Of a DNA stretch of 64,000 nt, positions 17,150 to 26,248 are shown in pieces (within the stretch, counting starts at the first letter, position 1; each line of letters starts with the position of its first letter). This stretch comes from Thermodesulfobacteriota bacterium (GTDB taxonomy: Bacteria > Desulfobacterota > QYQD01), in NCBI GenBank assembly GCA_040754095.1, contig JBFMFO010000003.1, forward strand, positions 57,401 to 121,400, read 5' to 3'. The notes under the pieces were generated by a model. It saw only the letters and a program-made list of their open reading frames with translations. It searched no databases and was not told the DNA's origin. A program made the position numbers and the translations under genes.

Positions 17150-18757
17150 ATGAAAGTATCAGTAGGACCAAAGCTTATCGGGGCGTTTGTTTTTCTTGTA
17201 ATCGCCCTGGGTGTGGTCAGCTACACCGGCATCAGGCAGATGGAGGCCATAGACGGGCATCTGATGAACATCTCGGATGTTATTATGAAGCGCGCCATCG
17301 TAGCTAAAGAACTACAACTGCATCTTGCCAATACCGGCTGGGGGGTTATGGAGTTCCTGACCGCGGAGACTACGGCCGAGCGGGATGAGTTGGCCGGCAC
17401 AATCAAGAAGGAGATGGCCGAGGTCAGCGAGCATATGGGCGAGTTGGACGGGATTGCCTCTGCCGAGGTCAAGACACATCTGGCAGAATTTCGTAATTCC
17501 TTTGGTGCGGTGGAAAAGATTATTAACCAGATATTAACCCAGGGCCGGGGCGGCATAAACAAAGAAGTCCAGATGCTCGATACCCAGTTGGATGCGGTTA
17601 TTGATAAAACCATAGCCGGGACAGAGAAGATCGTGGCCGTGGTGGACAGGGAGGTGGAGGCGGCCAAGCTGGCGTCGGATAAAGACGTGGAGTATGGCCG
17701 GAACCTGCTGATGGCAGTGGCCGGGGCAGCCCTGGTGGTGGCCGTGATTATAAACATCTTTATCATTCTCGGCATAAGAAGCTTCAGGCGGACGGCATTG
17801 AGCATAGGGGAAGCGGTAGAAAACGTGGCAGCGGGCGCGGAACAGCTTTCCGCTACGGCCCAGGGGCTTTCACAGGGGGCCACAGAACAGGCGGCGAGCA
17901 TCGAGGAGGTATCCAGCTCCATGGAGGAGATGAATGCGTCTATCTCACAGAATGCGGACAGCGCCGGCCAGACTGCGGCTATGGCTACCAAGGCGGCCGG
18001 CAACGCCAGCGAAGGCGGTCAGGCGGTGACCCAGGCGGTCGGCGCCATGAAGCAGATTGCCGAGAAGACGAGCGTAATCGAAGAGATCTCTCGCCAGACC
18101 AATTTACTGGCCCTGAATGCCGCTATCGAGGCGGCCCGGGCCGGTGAACATGGAAAGGGCTTTGCAGTGGTCGCTTCCGAGGTGAGGAAGCTGGCGGAAC
18201 GGAGCCAGATCGCGGCCCAGGAGATTGCCAACCTTTTAGGCGGCAGCCTCCAGGTGGCCGAACATGCCGGCAAGCTGGTGGAAGAGTTGGTCCCCGCTAT
18301 CCAGAAGACCTCTGAACTTGTTCAGGAGATCAATGCGGCCAGCCGGGAGCAGGCCAGCGGTATCGGCCAGGTCACCCAGGCCATCCAGCAGCTCGACCAG
18401 GTGGTGCAGGCAAACGCAGCCGCCTCTGAAGAACTGGCCTCCACCAGTGAAGAGACGTCCTCGCAGGTGGTTGAGATGCAGCGTAACGTGGATATGTTTA
18501 TCGAGCGGCTGGGAGGACGAAAGAGAGTCAATAAGAAGAACTCGGCGCGAAAAACGAACTCCGGGAACTTCATCGGCCTTACCGGCAAGCTCAAGGGAAA
18601 ACCCAGTACAGAATCGGTTAAGGACTTAACCGTCGCCTCGGTCGTAGATGCGCCGGGGCGTGCGGAAGGGGGCCAGACGGCCGCGAGGAGCCAGGATGCT
18701 GTAGGTGTTATTCTTGATCTGGATAAGCAGAACGACCAGAATTTCGAAAGATTTTGA
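17150..18757 (+). CDS. Transmembrane methyl-accepting chemotaxis protein (2 TM, ~150-aa periplasmic domain, MCP signalling domain, no clear HAMP)
   Basis: RBS AAGGAGG. TM1 [17 protein letters not shown]2 [27 protein letters not shown] tip motif [38 protein letters not shown]-terminal tail NDQNFERF. Confidence 0.9.
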   Translation: MKVSVGPKLIGAFVFLVIALGVVSYTGIRQMEAIDGHLMNISDVIMKRAIVAKELQLHLANTGWGVMEFLTAETTAERDELAGTIKKEMAEVSEHMGELDGIASAEVKTHLAEFRNSFGAVEKIINQILTQGRGGINKEVQMLDTQLDAVIDKTIAGTEKIVAVVDREVEAAKLASDKDVEYGRNLLMAVAGAALVVAVIINIFIILGIRSFRRTALSIGEAVENVAAGAEQLSATAQGLSQGATEQAASIEEVSSSMEEMNASISQNADSAGQTAAMATKAAGNASEGGQAVTQAVGAMKQIAEKTSVIEEISRQTNLLALNAAIEAARAGEHGKGFAVVASEVRKLAERSQIAAQEIANLLGGSLQVAEHAGKLVEELVPAIQKTSELVQEINAASREQASGIGQVTQAIQQLDQVVQANAAASEELASTSEETSSQVVEMQRNVDMFIERLGGRKRVNKKNSARKTNSGNFIGLTGKLKGKPSTESVKDLTVASVVDAPGRAEGGQTAARSQDAVGVILDLDKQNDQNFERF

Positions 18758-19085
18758 GGCGGATATTCACCGCAAGGGCGGACAAATTCTAAATTCGAAG
18801 CACGAAATACGAAACAAATTTAAATGACCAAAATTGATGGTCTCGTAAAAAGTCTGAAAAGACTATTTTCTGTCATTCCGGCGAAAGCCGGAATCCAGCA
18901 AATTCAATATGTTCTGGATGCCGGATCAAGTCCGGCATGACGATTTCAGGACTTTTTACGAATTCATCAAAATTCAAAATTCTAAACAATTACGCCTTGG
19001 TCATTTGAGCATTATGATTTCGGATTTGTTTCGGATTTCGATATTAGGATTTCGGATTTATAGCTTTGCGTCTCTGTCGAAGATC
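18750..19085. repeat. MITE-like element, copy 2
   Basis: Near-identical to 16790-17125, including the last codons of the upstream MCP gene. Confidence 0.8.
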
Positions 19086-19135
19086 CGCCGGTATTTAGGA
19101 GGGCGGTGAGACAATAAATCAAAGGAGATAGAACT

Positions 19136-19672
19136 ATGGACGAGATCAGGCAGTACCTTACCTTTGTTTTGAACAGAGAAGATTTTGCCCTGGAGACCTC
19201 GAGGGTAAAAGAGGTGCTGGAGTACACAACCGTTACCCGGATACCGCGCATGCCGGATTTTCTCTGCGGCGTGATAAACTTAAGGGGCAACGTAGTCCCG
19301 GTTATGGATATGCGGTTAAAACTGGGGATGCCGGCGGCAGAGCGAACCGTCGATACCTGTATTGTGATTGTAGAAGTGGAGCTTGATGGGGAGACAGTCA
19401 CGATAGGATGTCTTGTGGATTCAGTCAAAGAAGTCCTGGAGATACCAGCCGGTGAGATCGAACCGGCGCCCAAGATGGGGATGCGCCTCAGGGCTGACTT
19501 TATCCAGGGCATGGCCAGGCAGAACGAAGGCTTTATTATCATTCTGGATATCAACCGCATCCTTTCCATCGATGAAATAACGCTCATGTCCGCCGCCGCC
19601 GGACCGGCGATTGAGACGGATGTAGCCGTTCAAAAGACATCTGGTGATGTCCAGGCAATGTCATTGACTTAA
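19136..19672 (+). CDS. cheW: Chemotaxis coupling protein CheW
   Basis: RBS AAGGAG. CheW-like domain (YLTFVLNREDFALETSRVKEVLE ... GVINLRGNVVPVMDMR ... IVIVEV). About 20-aa C-terminal extension. Confidence 0.9.
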   Translation: MDEIRQYLTFVLNREDFALETSRVKEVLEYTTVTRIPRMPDFLCGVINLRGNVVPVMDMRLKLGMPAAERTVDTCIVIVEVELDGETVTIGCLVDSVKEVLEIPAGEIEPAPKMGMRLRADFIQGMARQNEGFIIILDINRILSIDEITLMSAAAGPAIETDVAVQKTSGDVQAMSLT

Positions 19673-19839
19673 GGTTTCATCTGCTGATGCAGAATCAAAG
19701 GACGTCATTCCGGCGAAAGCCGGAATCCAGTCTTTTCAAGATGTTCTGGACACCGGCTTTCGCCGGTGTGACGGTGAGGATCAACCGGATTATTCTTAAG
19801 TCAACGACATTGGATGTTCAGGCGGAGATGGTGGGTTAG

Positions 19840-19990
19840 GAAGCTATCAGCACTCAGCGTTCAGCGGTCAGCATGTTTGTTATCCGTTATCCGTTAACCG
19901 TTGTCCGACATTTTTTTCGGTAAACGGTCAACAGTGAACGGTGGACCGGCTTCATACTGATAGTTGAACGCTGATAGCCGAAAATAGACA
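19840..19990. repeat. Mosaic intergenic repeat (inverted copy of 10690-10850)
   Basis: gctatcagcactcagcgttcagcggtcagcatgtttgttatccgtta ... ccgttgtccgacattttt ... ggtaaacggtcaacagtgaacggtggaccggc ... ctgatagttgaacgctgatagc. Confidence 0.75.
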
Positions 19991-19996
19991 AAAATT

Positions 19997-20878
19997 ATGG
20001 CGGACATAAGCCCCGGCTTAAATACGAATATCCCCATTTTTAATCCCCCTGACATGTCTGACCAGGAGTTTGCCCTGTTCAGCGATCTTGTCTATCGCCA
20101 TGCCGGGATAACCCTTCCCCCTGCTAAAAGGAACATGCTTGTTTCACGGCTGCTAAAACGCCTCAGGGCCCTTGGGATGCGTTCTTTTTTAGATTATTAC
20201 AATTACATAACCAGCCCGGCGGGCCGTCAGGCCGAATTCCCACATACTATCGATATGGTCAGCACTAACAAGACCGAGTTTTTCCGGGAGGCAGGCCATT
20301 TTAAGTTCTTAAAAGAGGCGGTCTTGCCGGAGTTGGCGGCCCGGGTACGCCGTCAGGGTAAGGGGAAAATCACGGCCTGGAGCGCAGGTTGTTCCTCGGG
20401 AGAAGAACCTTATACCTTAACTATGGTCATGATAGAGTATCTTAAGGTTTGTGGGGGCGGTGAGTTTTCTATCCTGGCTACGGATATATCACATCGCATG
20501 TTGGATAAAGGCCGGCGCGCAGTTTATTCAGAGGTCGATATCCAGAGTGTCCCCCCTGATTACCTTCGGAAATATTTCATGCGAGGAATAAAGGGACAGG
20601 AAGGTTATTATCGTGTGGCGCCGGAGTTGCGTAACCGCGTGAAATTTCAGCATTATAATTTTATGGACGACTCCGTCCCTTTCCACGGGTCTATGGATTT
20701 TATCTTTTGCCGCAATGTCATGATATATTTCGACCAGGGGACCAGAACCATGTTGGTCAAGAAGTTTTATAAGCATCTCGTTGACGGAGGGTATCTGTTC
20801 ATCGGCCACTCGGAGACCCTGCACGGGATGGAAACGGATTTTAAACTGGCCAGCCCCACGGTTTACAGGAAGATGTAA
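19997..20878 (+). CDS. cheR: Chemotaxis protein methyltransferase CheR
   Basis: N-terminal helical domain (FALFSDLVYRHAGITL). SAM-binding motif (AWSAGCSSGEEPYTLTM). About 293 aa. Confidence 0.9.
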   Translation: MADISPGLNTNIPIFNPPDMSDQEFALFSDLVYRHAGITLPPAKRNMLVSRLLKRLRALGMRSFLDYYNYITSPAGRQAEFPHTIDMVSTNKTEFFREAGHFKFLKEAVLPELAARVRRQGKGKITAWSAGCSSGEEPYTLTMVMIEYLKVCGGGEFSILATDISHRMLDKGRRAVYSEVDIQSVPPDYLRKYFMRGIKGQEGYYRVAPELRNRVKFQHYNFMDDSVPFHGSMDFIFCRNVMIYFDQGTRTMLVKKFYKHLVDGGYLFIGHSETLHGMETDFKLASPTVYRKM

Positions 20879-20882
20879 AGAA

Positions 20883-21060
20883 GTTCGGAATATCACGCAA
20901 GGCCGCCAAGACCGCGAAGGAAAAAAGAAAATCTGGAAATCAAGTCGTGCCATAGGCAGATTCGCCGAGGCGAAAAATCAAGAATAGAACAATATTTTTC
21001 TTCATGAGTTCATGAGTTCCAAATTATATTCTTTTTGCGTCCTTTGTGCCTTGGCGTGAG
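20883..21060. repeat. ~170-bp MITE-like element with TIRs tcacgcaaggccgccaagaccgcgaagg / cctttgtgccttggcgtgaga
   Basis: Inverted, partly deleted copy at 31425-31580. Partial copy at 24736-24800. Confidence 0.7.
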
Positions 21061-21133
21061 AAATTGAGTTTTTATGGGGCCGTCAGCTTTAACATTCGAA
21101 ATTTCCATCTTTCGATAGTTTTCGGATGAAAAC

Positions 21134-24094
21134 TTGATAGCCCGGGGACAAGGGATGGCAGATTTTTTAAAAGACCAGATGGACTATGTCCTATTCTTCT
21201 ACGGGCTGTCGTTCGCCCTGCTGGCCATAGTGTGCTGGTTCCTGAGCCGGAGGAGATACGGTCACTTGCCGTGGCGATGGCTGGGGCTGTTTGCCGCTGC
21301 CTACGGCGTCAGCAACTGGCTGTGTATGGCGGCCATGAGCACCGGGCATGACGTGTTTTTCGTAGCGCGGCTCGGCCTTATGATCCTGGCCTTTGCATTC
21401 CTTGTGGAGTTTGGCCGGGCCGGCATGGCGGCTCTCAGGGGGCGGGCGCCGGGCCGGTGGGTTTTTATCCCGTTATTGTGTCTGGCTGCCCTGGGCGGCT
21501 TGGCCGGGCTAAGAGGACTTCTCTCTTCTACCCGCTACACCTTGGGACTGGCGGGCGGGTTATGGGCGGCATGGGTCCTGTTTCAGGCCTCAAAGGCCCG
21601 GGGTATGAAAGGCCGCCCTTTGGCGGTTGCCGCTCTGGCCATGGCCGGTTGCGGCCTGACCATAGGCACGGTGGTGGAAGGCGCTTCCTTTTTCCCTGCC
21701 TCGGCGCTTAACCGGGAGACATTTCTAGCGGTTGCGGGTGTCCCGATCCAATTGATCCGGGGTATTCTGGCCATTATCGTTGCTATTGCCGTAGCAGCCC
21801 ATTTTCGGATCTTCTGTCGCTATGATGCGGACGGGGATGACTGTAAGTGGAGATCCTGTTACATGCCGCGGATGGGGCTCGCCCTGTTTTTTGTCTTGGC
21901 CGGCGGGTGGGCACTTACGGAAGCGGTGGGCAGATATGCAGAGGGAGACCTACGTTTTCATCTGCTTAGCCGCGTCAAGACCATAGCCGACACCGTGGAC
22001 CTTGGTCATGTAACGAGACTGACGGGCACACCGGCCGACATCGGCACGCCGGACTACAATTGCCTGAAGGGGCGGCTTATTAATGTCAGGGCCGCCAATC
22101 CGGACTGCCGGTTTGTTTATTTAATGGCCAGGAGGGACGGCAAGGTTATTTTCCTCGCAGACTCCGAACCGGAGGGATCCCGGGACTGTTCGCCGCCGGG
22201 CCAGCTCTACGGGGAGGCCAGTCCTGAACTACTGGGTTTTTTTACATCCGGCAAGCCGTTTGTAGAGGGACCGCTTACCGACCGATGGGGAGACTGGGTC
22301 TCTGGTTTTTCCCCGGTCCGTGACCCCCGGACCGGGCGGGTATTGGCGGCCGTGGGTATAGACATTGACGCCGGGGATTGGCAGCAAAAAATCATGACCC
22401 ATCGCCTGGCGCCTATAATTATCACCATGCTGGCGGCCGTACTTCTCCTCGGTTTCTTCGTGAGCCGGGAAAGGATGCTGGCAGCCAAACAACAGGCCGA
22501 GGTGGCCAACCGGGCTAAAAGTGAATTTCTAGCTATGATGAGCCATGAAATCCGTACCCCCATGAACGGGGTGCTGGGCATGCTTGATCTGGCGCTCGAT
22601 GGCGAGATGCCTTTGCGGCAACGGGAATACCTTACTATGGCAAGATCGGCGGCCGATTCCCTGCATAGTCTGCTTAACGACATCCTGGATTTTTCCAGGA
22701 TCGAGGCGGGGAAACTGGTTATGGAAGAGACGGACTTCAGCCTCCGTTCGGTTATCAACTCGGTGGTTGACCTCCTGAGATTGCCGGCGCAGGGAAGAGG
22801 CCTGGCGATCCGGCGGGATATTCCTGACGCCGTTCCCGATGCCCTGTCCGGAGACGCGGGCCGCTTGAGACAGATATTGCTTAATCTCATAGGAAACGCC
22901 GTCAAGTTTACCAAAAGCGGATATGTACTGATTAGCGCCGGGGTGGAGGAAAGGACTGGGTCGGGTATGTTGCTCCATTTCTCGGTAAAAGATACCGGGA
23001 TCGGAATTCCCAGAGATAAACTCGAAACTATTTTTGATGCCTTTATCCAGGGCGAGGCCTCGAACAACCGCCGGTATGGAGGGGTGGGGCTTGGGTTAAG
23101 CATATCGAGACGGCTTGTGGAGATGATGGGCGGCAGTATCTGGGTGGAAAGCGAGGAAGGCAGGGGAAGCATATTCCATTTTACGGTCAGGTTTGGTCTG
23201 CCGCGGGGGCTTCCGGAAAGAGAGTCTCAGTCCTCTGACCACTTGAGTGAAGCAAGAGAAGGGACAGCGGCGACGCCACATACCCTGTCCAAGACTAATT
23301 TCAGGGTCCTGTTGGCTGAGGATGACCTTATCAACCAGGAGGTAGCAAGGGGCATCCTCCTGAAACATGGCCATATGCCAACGGTCGTCTCGGACGGTAA
23401 AGCGGCCGTAGAGACATGGGGGAAAGGGAATTTTGACCTCATCTTTATGGACATCCAGATGCCGGTTATGGACGGGTTTGAGGCCACGCGCCTGATACGG
23501 GAGAAAGAAAAGGCGACGGGAGCGCATATTCCCATTATTGCCATGACTGCCTCCGCCCTGAAGGGTGACCGGGAAAGGTGTCTGGAGGCGGGTATGGACG
23601 GTTATATCTCCAAGCCGGTCAAGGCGGCGGAGCTTTTACAACTGATAGAGGCCACCGTGGTGAATAAGACGGCGAAAGATAGGGAAAACAGTTATTTTAC
23701 GCCATCTGTTGATTTTGCAGCCGGGAATCCGCCGGCAGAGAGCAAGGCGCTCGATGTATCAGGCGCGCTGGATAACCTCGGGGGTGACGTGAACCTTCTA
23801 AAGGAGGTTACGAACCTGTTTTTGGAGAAGGTTCCGTTTGAGATTCAGGGATTGGGAGGGGCGATCTCCTCCGGAGATGAGCGGCTCATAGAGCGCCATG
23901 CGCATAAGATAAAAGGAATGGCCGCCAACATCGGGGCAAAAAGGATTGCCGACAGCGCCTTTCGCATCGAACTGGCGATCAGAAAGGATGATATCTCCGG
24001 GTGTGGCGCATTGTTTGAAAGGATGGGAGAAGAATTAGAGGCATTTAAGAAGTCGGCGGGTGAGGCCGATTGGAATAATATGGGAGGGGAATGA
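21134..24094 (+). CDS. Hybrid sensor histidine kinase: multi-pass TM N-terminus, extracytoplasmic sensor domain, HisKA, HATPase_c, REC, C-terminal HPt
   Basis: About 6 N-terminal TM helices, a ~190-aa hydrophilic segment and another TM. H-box MSHEIRTPMNGVLGML. N/G boxes (LLNLIGNAVKFT, DTGIGI, GGVGLGLSI). REC (VLLAEDDLINQ ... DLIFMDIQMPVMDGFEA ... SKP). HPt (HKIKGMAANIGAKRI). The start may be the ATG at 21155. Confidence 0.85.
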   Translation: MIARGQGMADFLKDQMDYVLFFYGLSFALLAIVCWFLSRRRYGHLPWRWLGLFAAAYGVSNWLCMAAMSTGHDVFFVARLGLMILAFAFLVEFGRAGMAALRGRAPGRWVFIPLLCLAALGGLAGLRGLLSSTRYTLGLAGGLWAAWVLFQASKARGMKGRPLAVAALAMAGCGLTIGTVVEGASFFPASALNRETFLAVAGVPIQLIRGILAIIVAIAVAAHFRIFCRYDADGDDCKWRSCYMPRMGLALFFVLAGGWALTEAVGRYAEGDLRFHLLSRVKTIADTVDLGHVTRLTGTPADIGTPDYNCLKGRLINVRAANPDCRFVYLMARRDGKVIFLADSEPEGSRDCSPPGQLYGEASPELLGFFTSGKPFVEGPLTDRWGDWVSGFSPVRDPRTGRVLAAVGIDIDAGDWQQKIMTHRLAPIIITMLAAVLLLGFFVSRERMLAAKQQAEVANRAKSEFLAMMSHEIRTPMNGVLGMLDLALDGEMPLRQREYLTMARSAADSLHSLLNDILDFSRIEAGKLVMEETDFSLRSVINSVVDLLRLPAQGRGLAIRRDIPDAVPDALSGDAGRLRQILLNLIGNAVKFTKSGYVLISAGVEERTGSGMLLHFSVKDTGIGIPRDKLETIFDAFIQGEASNNRRYGGVGLGLSISRRLVEMMGGSIWVESEEGRGSIFHFTVRFGLPRGLPERESQSSDHLSEAREGTAATPHTLSKTNFRVLLAEDDLINQEVARGILLKHGHMPTVVSDGKAAVETWGKGNFDLIFMDIQMPVMDGFEATRLIREKEKATGAHIPIIAMTASALKGDRERCLEAGMDGYISKPVKAAELLQLIEATVVNKTAKDRENSYFTPSVDFAAGNPPAESKALDVSGALDNLGGDVNLLKEVTNLFLEKVPFEIQGLGGAISSGDERLIERHAHKIKGMAANIGAKRIADSAFRIELAIRKDDISGCGALFERMGEELEAFKKSAGEADWNNMGGE

Positions 24095-24149
24095 CAAATG
24101 TCAAATGGCAAAGCTCAAATGAAGCCCAAATGACTAAAACAGATGTCAT

Positions 24150-24285
24150 TAGTCAATAGTCATTTGTCATTACTTAAAGAAGTTGCAAGTTGCAAAAGTT
24201 ACAAGTTACAAATCGGTAACTTCTGTAACCTGTAACTATTTTATAAACAATGACTAATGACCAGTGACGAGTGAGGTTTTGCGCT
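24150..24285. repeat. TGACTAATGACCAGTGAC-family inverted-repeat element with internal gttgcaagttgcaaaagttacaagttacaa direct repeats
   Basis: gtcattagtcaatagtcatttgtcat ... caatgactaatgaccagtgacgagtgagg. Confidence 0.7.
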
Positions 24286-24320
24286 TTGTCATTTGAACTT
24301 TACAACAAGGGGGTTTATCA

Positions 24321-24722
24321 ATGAGGACATTGATTGTAGAGGACGATTTTATCGCCCGGCGGATTTTAAGGGATATCCTTTCACCTTATGGAGACTGTGA
24401 TATCGCTATTGACGGCGACGAGGCCATCCAGGCCTTCCGGCTGGCCTATGAGGACAGCAAACCCTACGATCTAATCTGTATGGACATAATGATGCCGGAT
24501 ATTGATGGGCAGGAGGCGCTCCGGCGGATCCGTGAAATAGAAAAGGACGCAGGTATAAGACCTTCGGAGGAAGTAAAGGTAATTATGACTACTGCACTCA
24601 GCGATCCAAAGAACGTCGTCGAGGCATTCTACAAAGGAGGTGCTACCTCATATATCGTAAAGCCCGTTAACAAACAAAAATTTCTGGAAGAGGTGCGGAA
24701 TCTGGGACTAATTGGCGGTTAG
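24321..24722 (+). CDS. Single-domain response regulator (CheY-like)
   Basis: REC motifs LIVEDDFIARR ... DLICMDIMMPDIDGQEAL ... VKP. 133 aa. Confidence 0.85.
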   Translation: MRTLIVEDDFIARRILRDILSPYGDCDIAIDGDEAIQAFRLAYEDSKPYDLICMDIMMPDIDGQEALRRIREIEKDAGIRPSEEVKVIMTTALSDPKNVVEAFYKGGATSYIVKPVNKQKFLEEVRNLGLIGG

Positions 24723-24818
24723 CGGGCTGAAAACAGAAGTCAATTTCTCACGCCAAGGCGCCAAGACCGCAAAGATGCAAGAAATCTGAAGCACGACCTT
24801 TGGCATTACAATATTAGA

Positions 24819-24888
24819 CGTAGGGTGGGCTTTGCCCACCATCATTGGCAGCGCAGCGTATTTTCGGTGGGCTGCGCCCACCCTGCAT
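24819..24888. repeat. Paired GTAGGGTGGGC...GCCCACC palindromes (inverted-orientation relative of 5666-5735)
   Basis: cgtagggtgggctttgcccacc ... cggtgggctgcgcccaccctgc. Confidence 0.7.
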
Positions 24889-24929
24889 GACTTTAACGAC
24901 ATGCAATATACAATAGATGCGGGGATAAC

Positions 24930-25994
24930 ATGAGCGAGAAAATCAAGGTGCTGGTTGTTGATGACTCTGCCGTGGTGCGGCAGACGCTTAACGAGATATT
25001 AAACTCTGATCCGGATATTGAGGTAATCGCTACAGCGCAGGACCCTTATGTGGCGGCGGAGCGTCTGAAAAAGGCTGTGCCGGATGTTATTACCCTGGAC
25101 GTAGAGATGCCGCGCATGGACGGCATCACCTTCCTGCGCAAGCTTATGGCCCAGCATCCCATCCCCGTGGTGATCTGCTCGACCCTGACTACACAGGGCG
25201 CCCGGACCACCCTCCAGGCCCTGGAATATGGCGCAGTGGAGATCATCGAGAAACCCAAGATGGGGACAAAGCAGTTTCTGGAGGAGTCCAGGATACGCAT
25301 CTGCGACGCTGTTAAGGCGGCGGCTCAGGTCACATTACGTCCCAGAAAAATCAGAAAAGTTGAAGAAAAACTGACGGCGGATGTAATCATGGCCAAACCA
25401 AAGACCAGGGCCATGGCCGAAACCACGGAGAAGGTAGTCCTGATCGGGGCTTCCACCGGCGGTACGGAGGCGTTAAGAGATTTCCTTGAGGCCCTGCCGC
25501 ACGATACCCCGGGCATAGTGATTGTCCAGCACATGCCTGAGAAATTTACCACCGCCTTTGCCGCGCGGCTGAACGGCCTTTGCCGGGTGGAGGTCAAAGA
25601 GGCTGAAAATGGTGATGGCGTGGTGACCGGACGGGCCTTGATAGCCCCCGGGAATAGGCATACCTTGCTCAAGCGGAGCGGCGCCCGGTATTATGTGGAG
25701 ATTAAGGACGGGCCTTTAGTCTCCCGTCATCGTCCGTCTGTGGATGTGCTCTTTCGCTCCGGCGCGCGCTATGCCGGGTCCAATGCGGTCGGCGTCATCA
25801 TGACCGGCATGGGCGACGACGGCGCTCAGGGGTTGCTGGAAATGAAGGAGGCCGGGGCCTTTACCATTGCCCAGGACGAGGCCACCTGTGTGGTTTTTGG
25901 CATGCCCAAGGAGGCCATAAAGCGTGGCGCCGTAGATAAAATATTGCCGCTGCCCGCTATTCCGCGAGAGGTTATCAAGATATGTTCGGAATGA
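24930..25994 (+). CDS. cheB: Chemotaxis response regulator protein-glutamate methylesterase CheB
   Basis: N-terminal REC ([13 protein letters not shown] ... [14 protein letters not shown]). C-terminal methylesterase catalytic-domain motifs ([12 protein letters not shown] ... VQHMP ... [10 protein letters not shown]). Confidence 0.9.
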   Translation: MSEKIKVLVVDDSAVVRQTLNEILNSDPDIEVIATAQDPYVAAERLKKAVPDVITLDVEMPRMDGITFLRKLMAQHPIPVVICSTLTTQGARTTLQALEYGAVEIIEKPKMGTKQFLEESRIRICDAVKAAAQVTLRPRKIRKVEEKLTADVIMAKPKTRAMAETTEKVVLIGASTGGTEALRDFLEALPHDTPGIVIVQHMPEKFTTAFAARLNGLCRVEVKEAENGDGVVTGRALIAPGNRHTLLKRSGARYYVEIKDGPLVSRHRPSVDVLFRSGARYAGSNAVGVIMTGMGDDGAQGLLEMKEAGAFTIAQDEATCVVFGMPKEAIKRGAVDKILPLPAIPREVIKICSE

Positions 25995-26248
25995 AGGGCT
26001 GAAGGCTGAAAGCTCAAGGCTATAAAGGCTATAAGTGATGGGTTACGGGTTGTGGGTTACGGGGTTAAGCGGAGCATGATGTTAAGTAGTTGAGGGTTTT
26101 TTCACTACTCAACTACTTAACTGCTTAACCAGTATACCAATAACTGAACGCCGGATGCTGCGTTTTTTTGTTGTAACTTTTAGCCAATTCTTGCTACTAT
26201 GCAGGAAGTCTGAGAAATTAGAACGCAATCATAGGAGGGGGCGTGTTC

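Noticed and set aside
17221-18003. 260-aa antisense ORF inside MCP3, plus similar long antisense ORFs 22207-23172 (inside the hybrid HK), 49866-50699 (inside atpD), 47274-47790 (inside atpA) and 9667-10296 (inside the MCP-like gene)
   Set aside because: Low-complexity Ala/Ser/Arg-rich translations on the strand opposite strongly conserved genes. This is the typical GC-rich antisense artefact.
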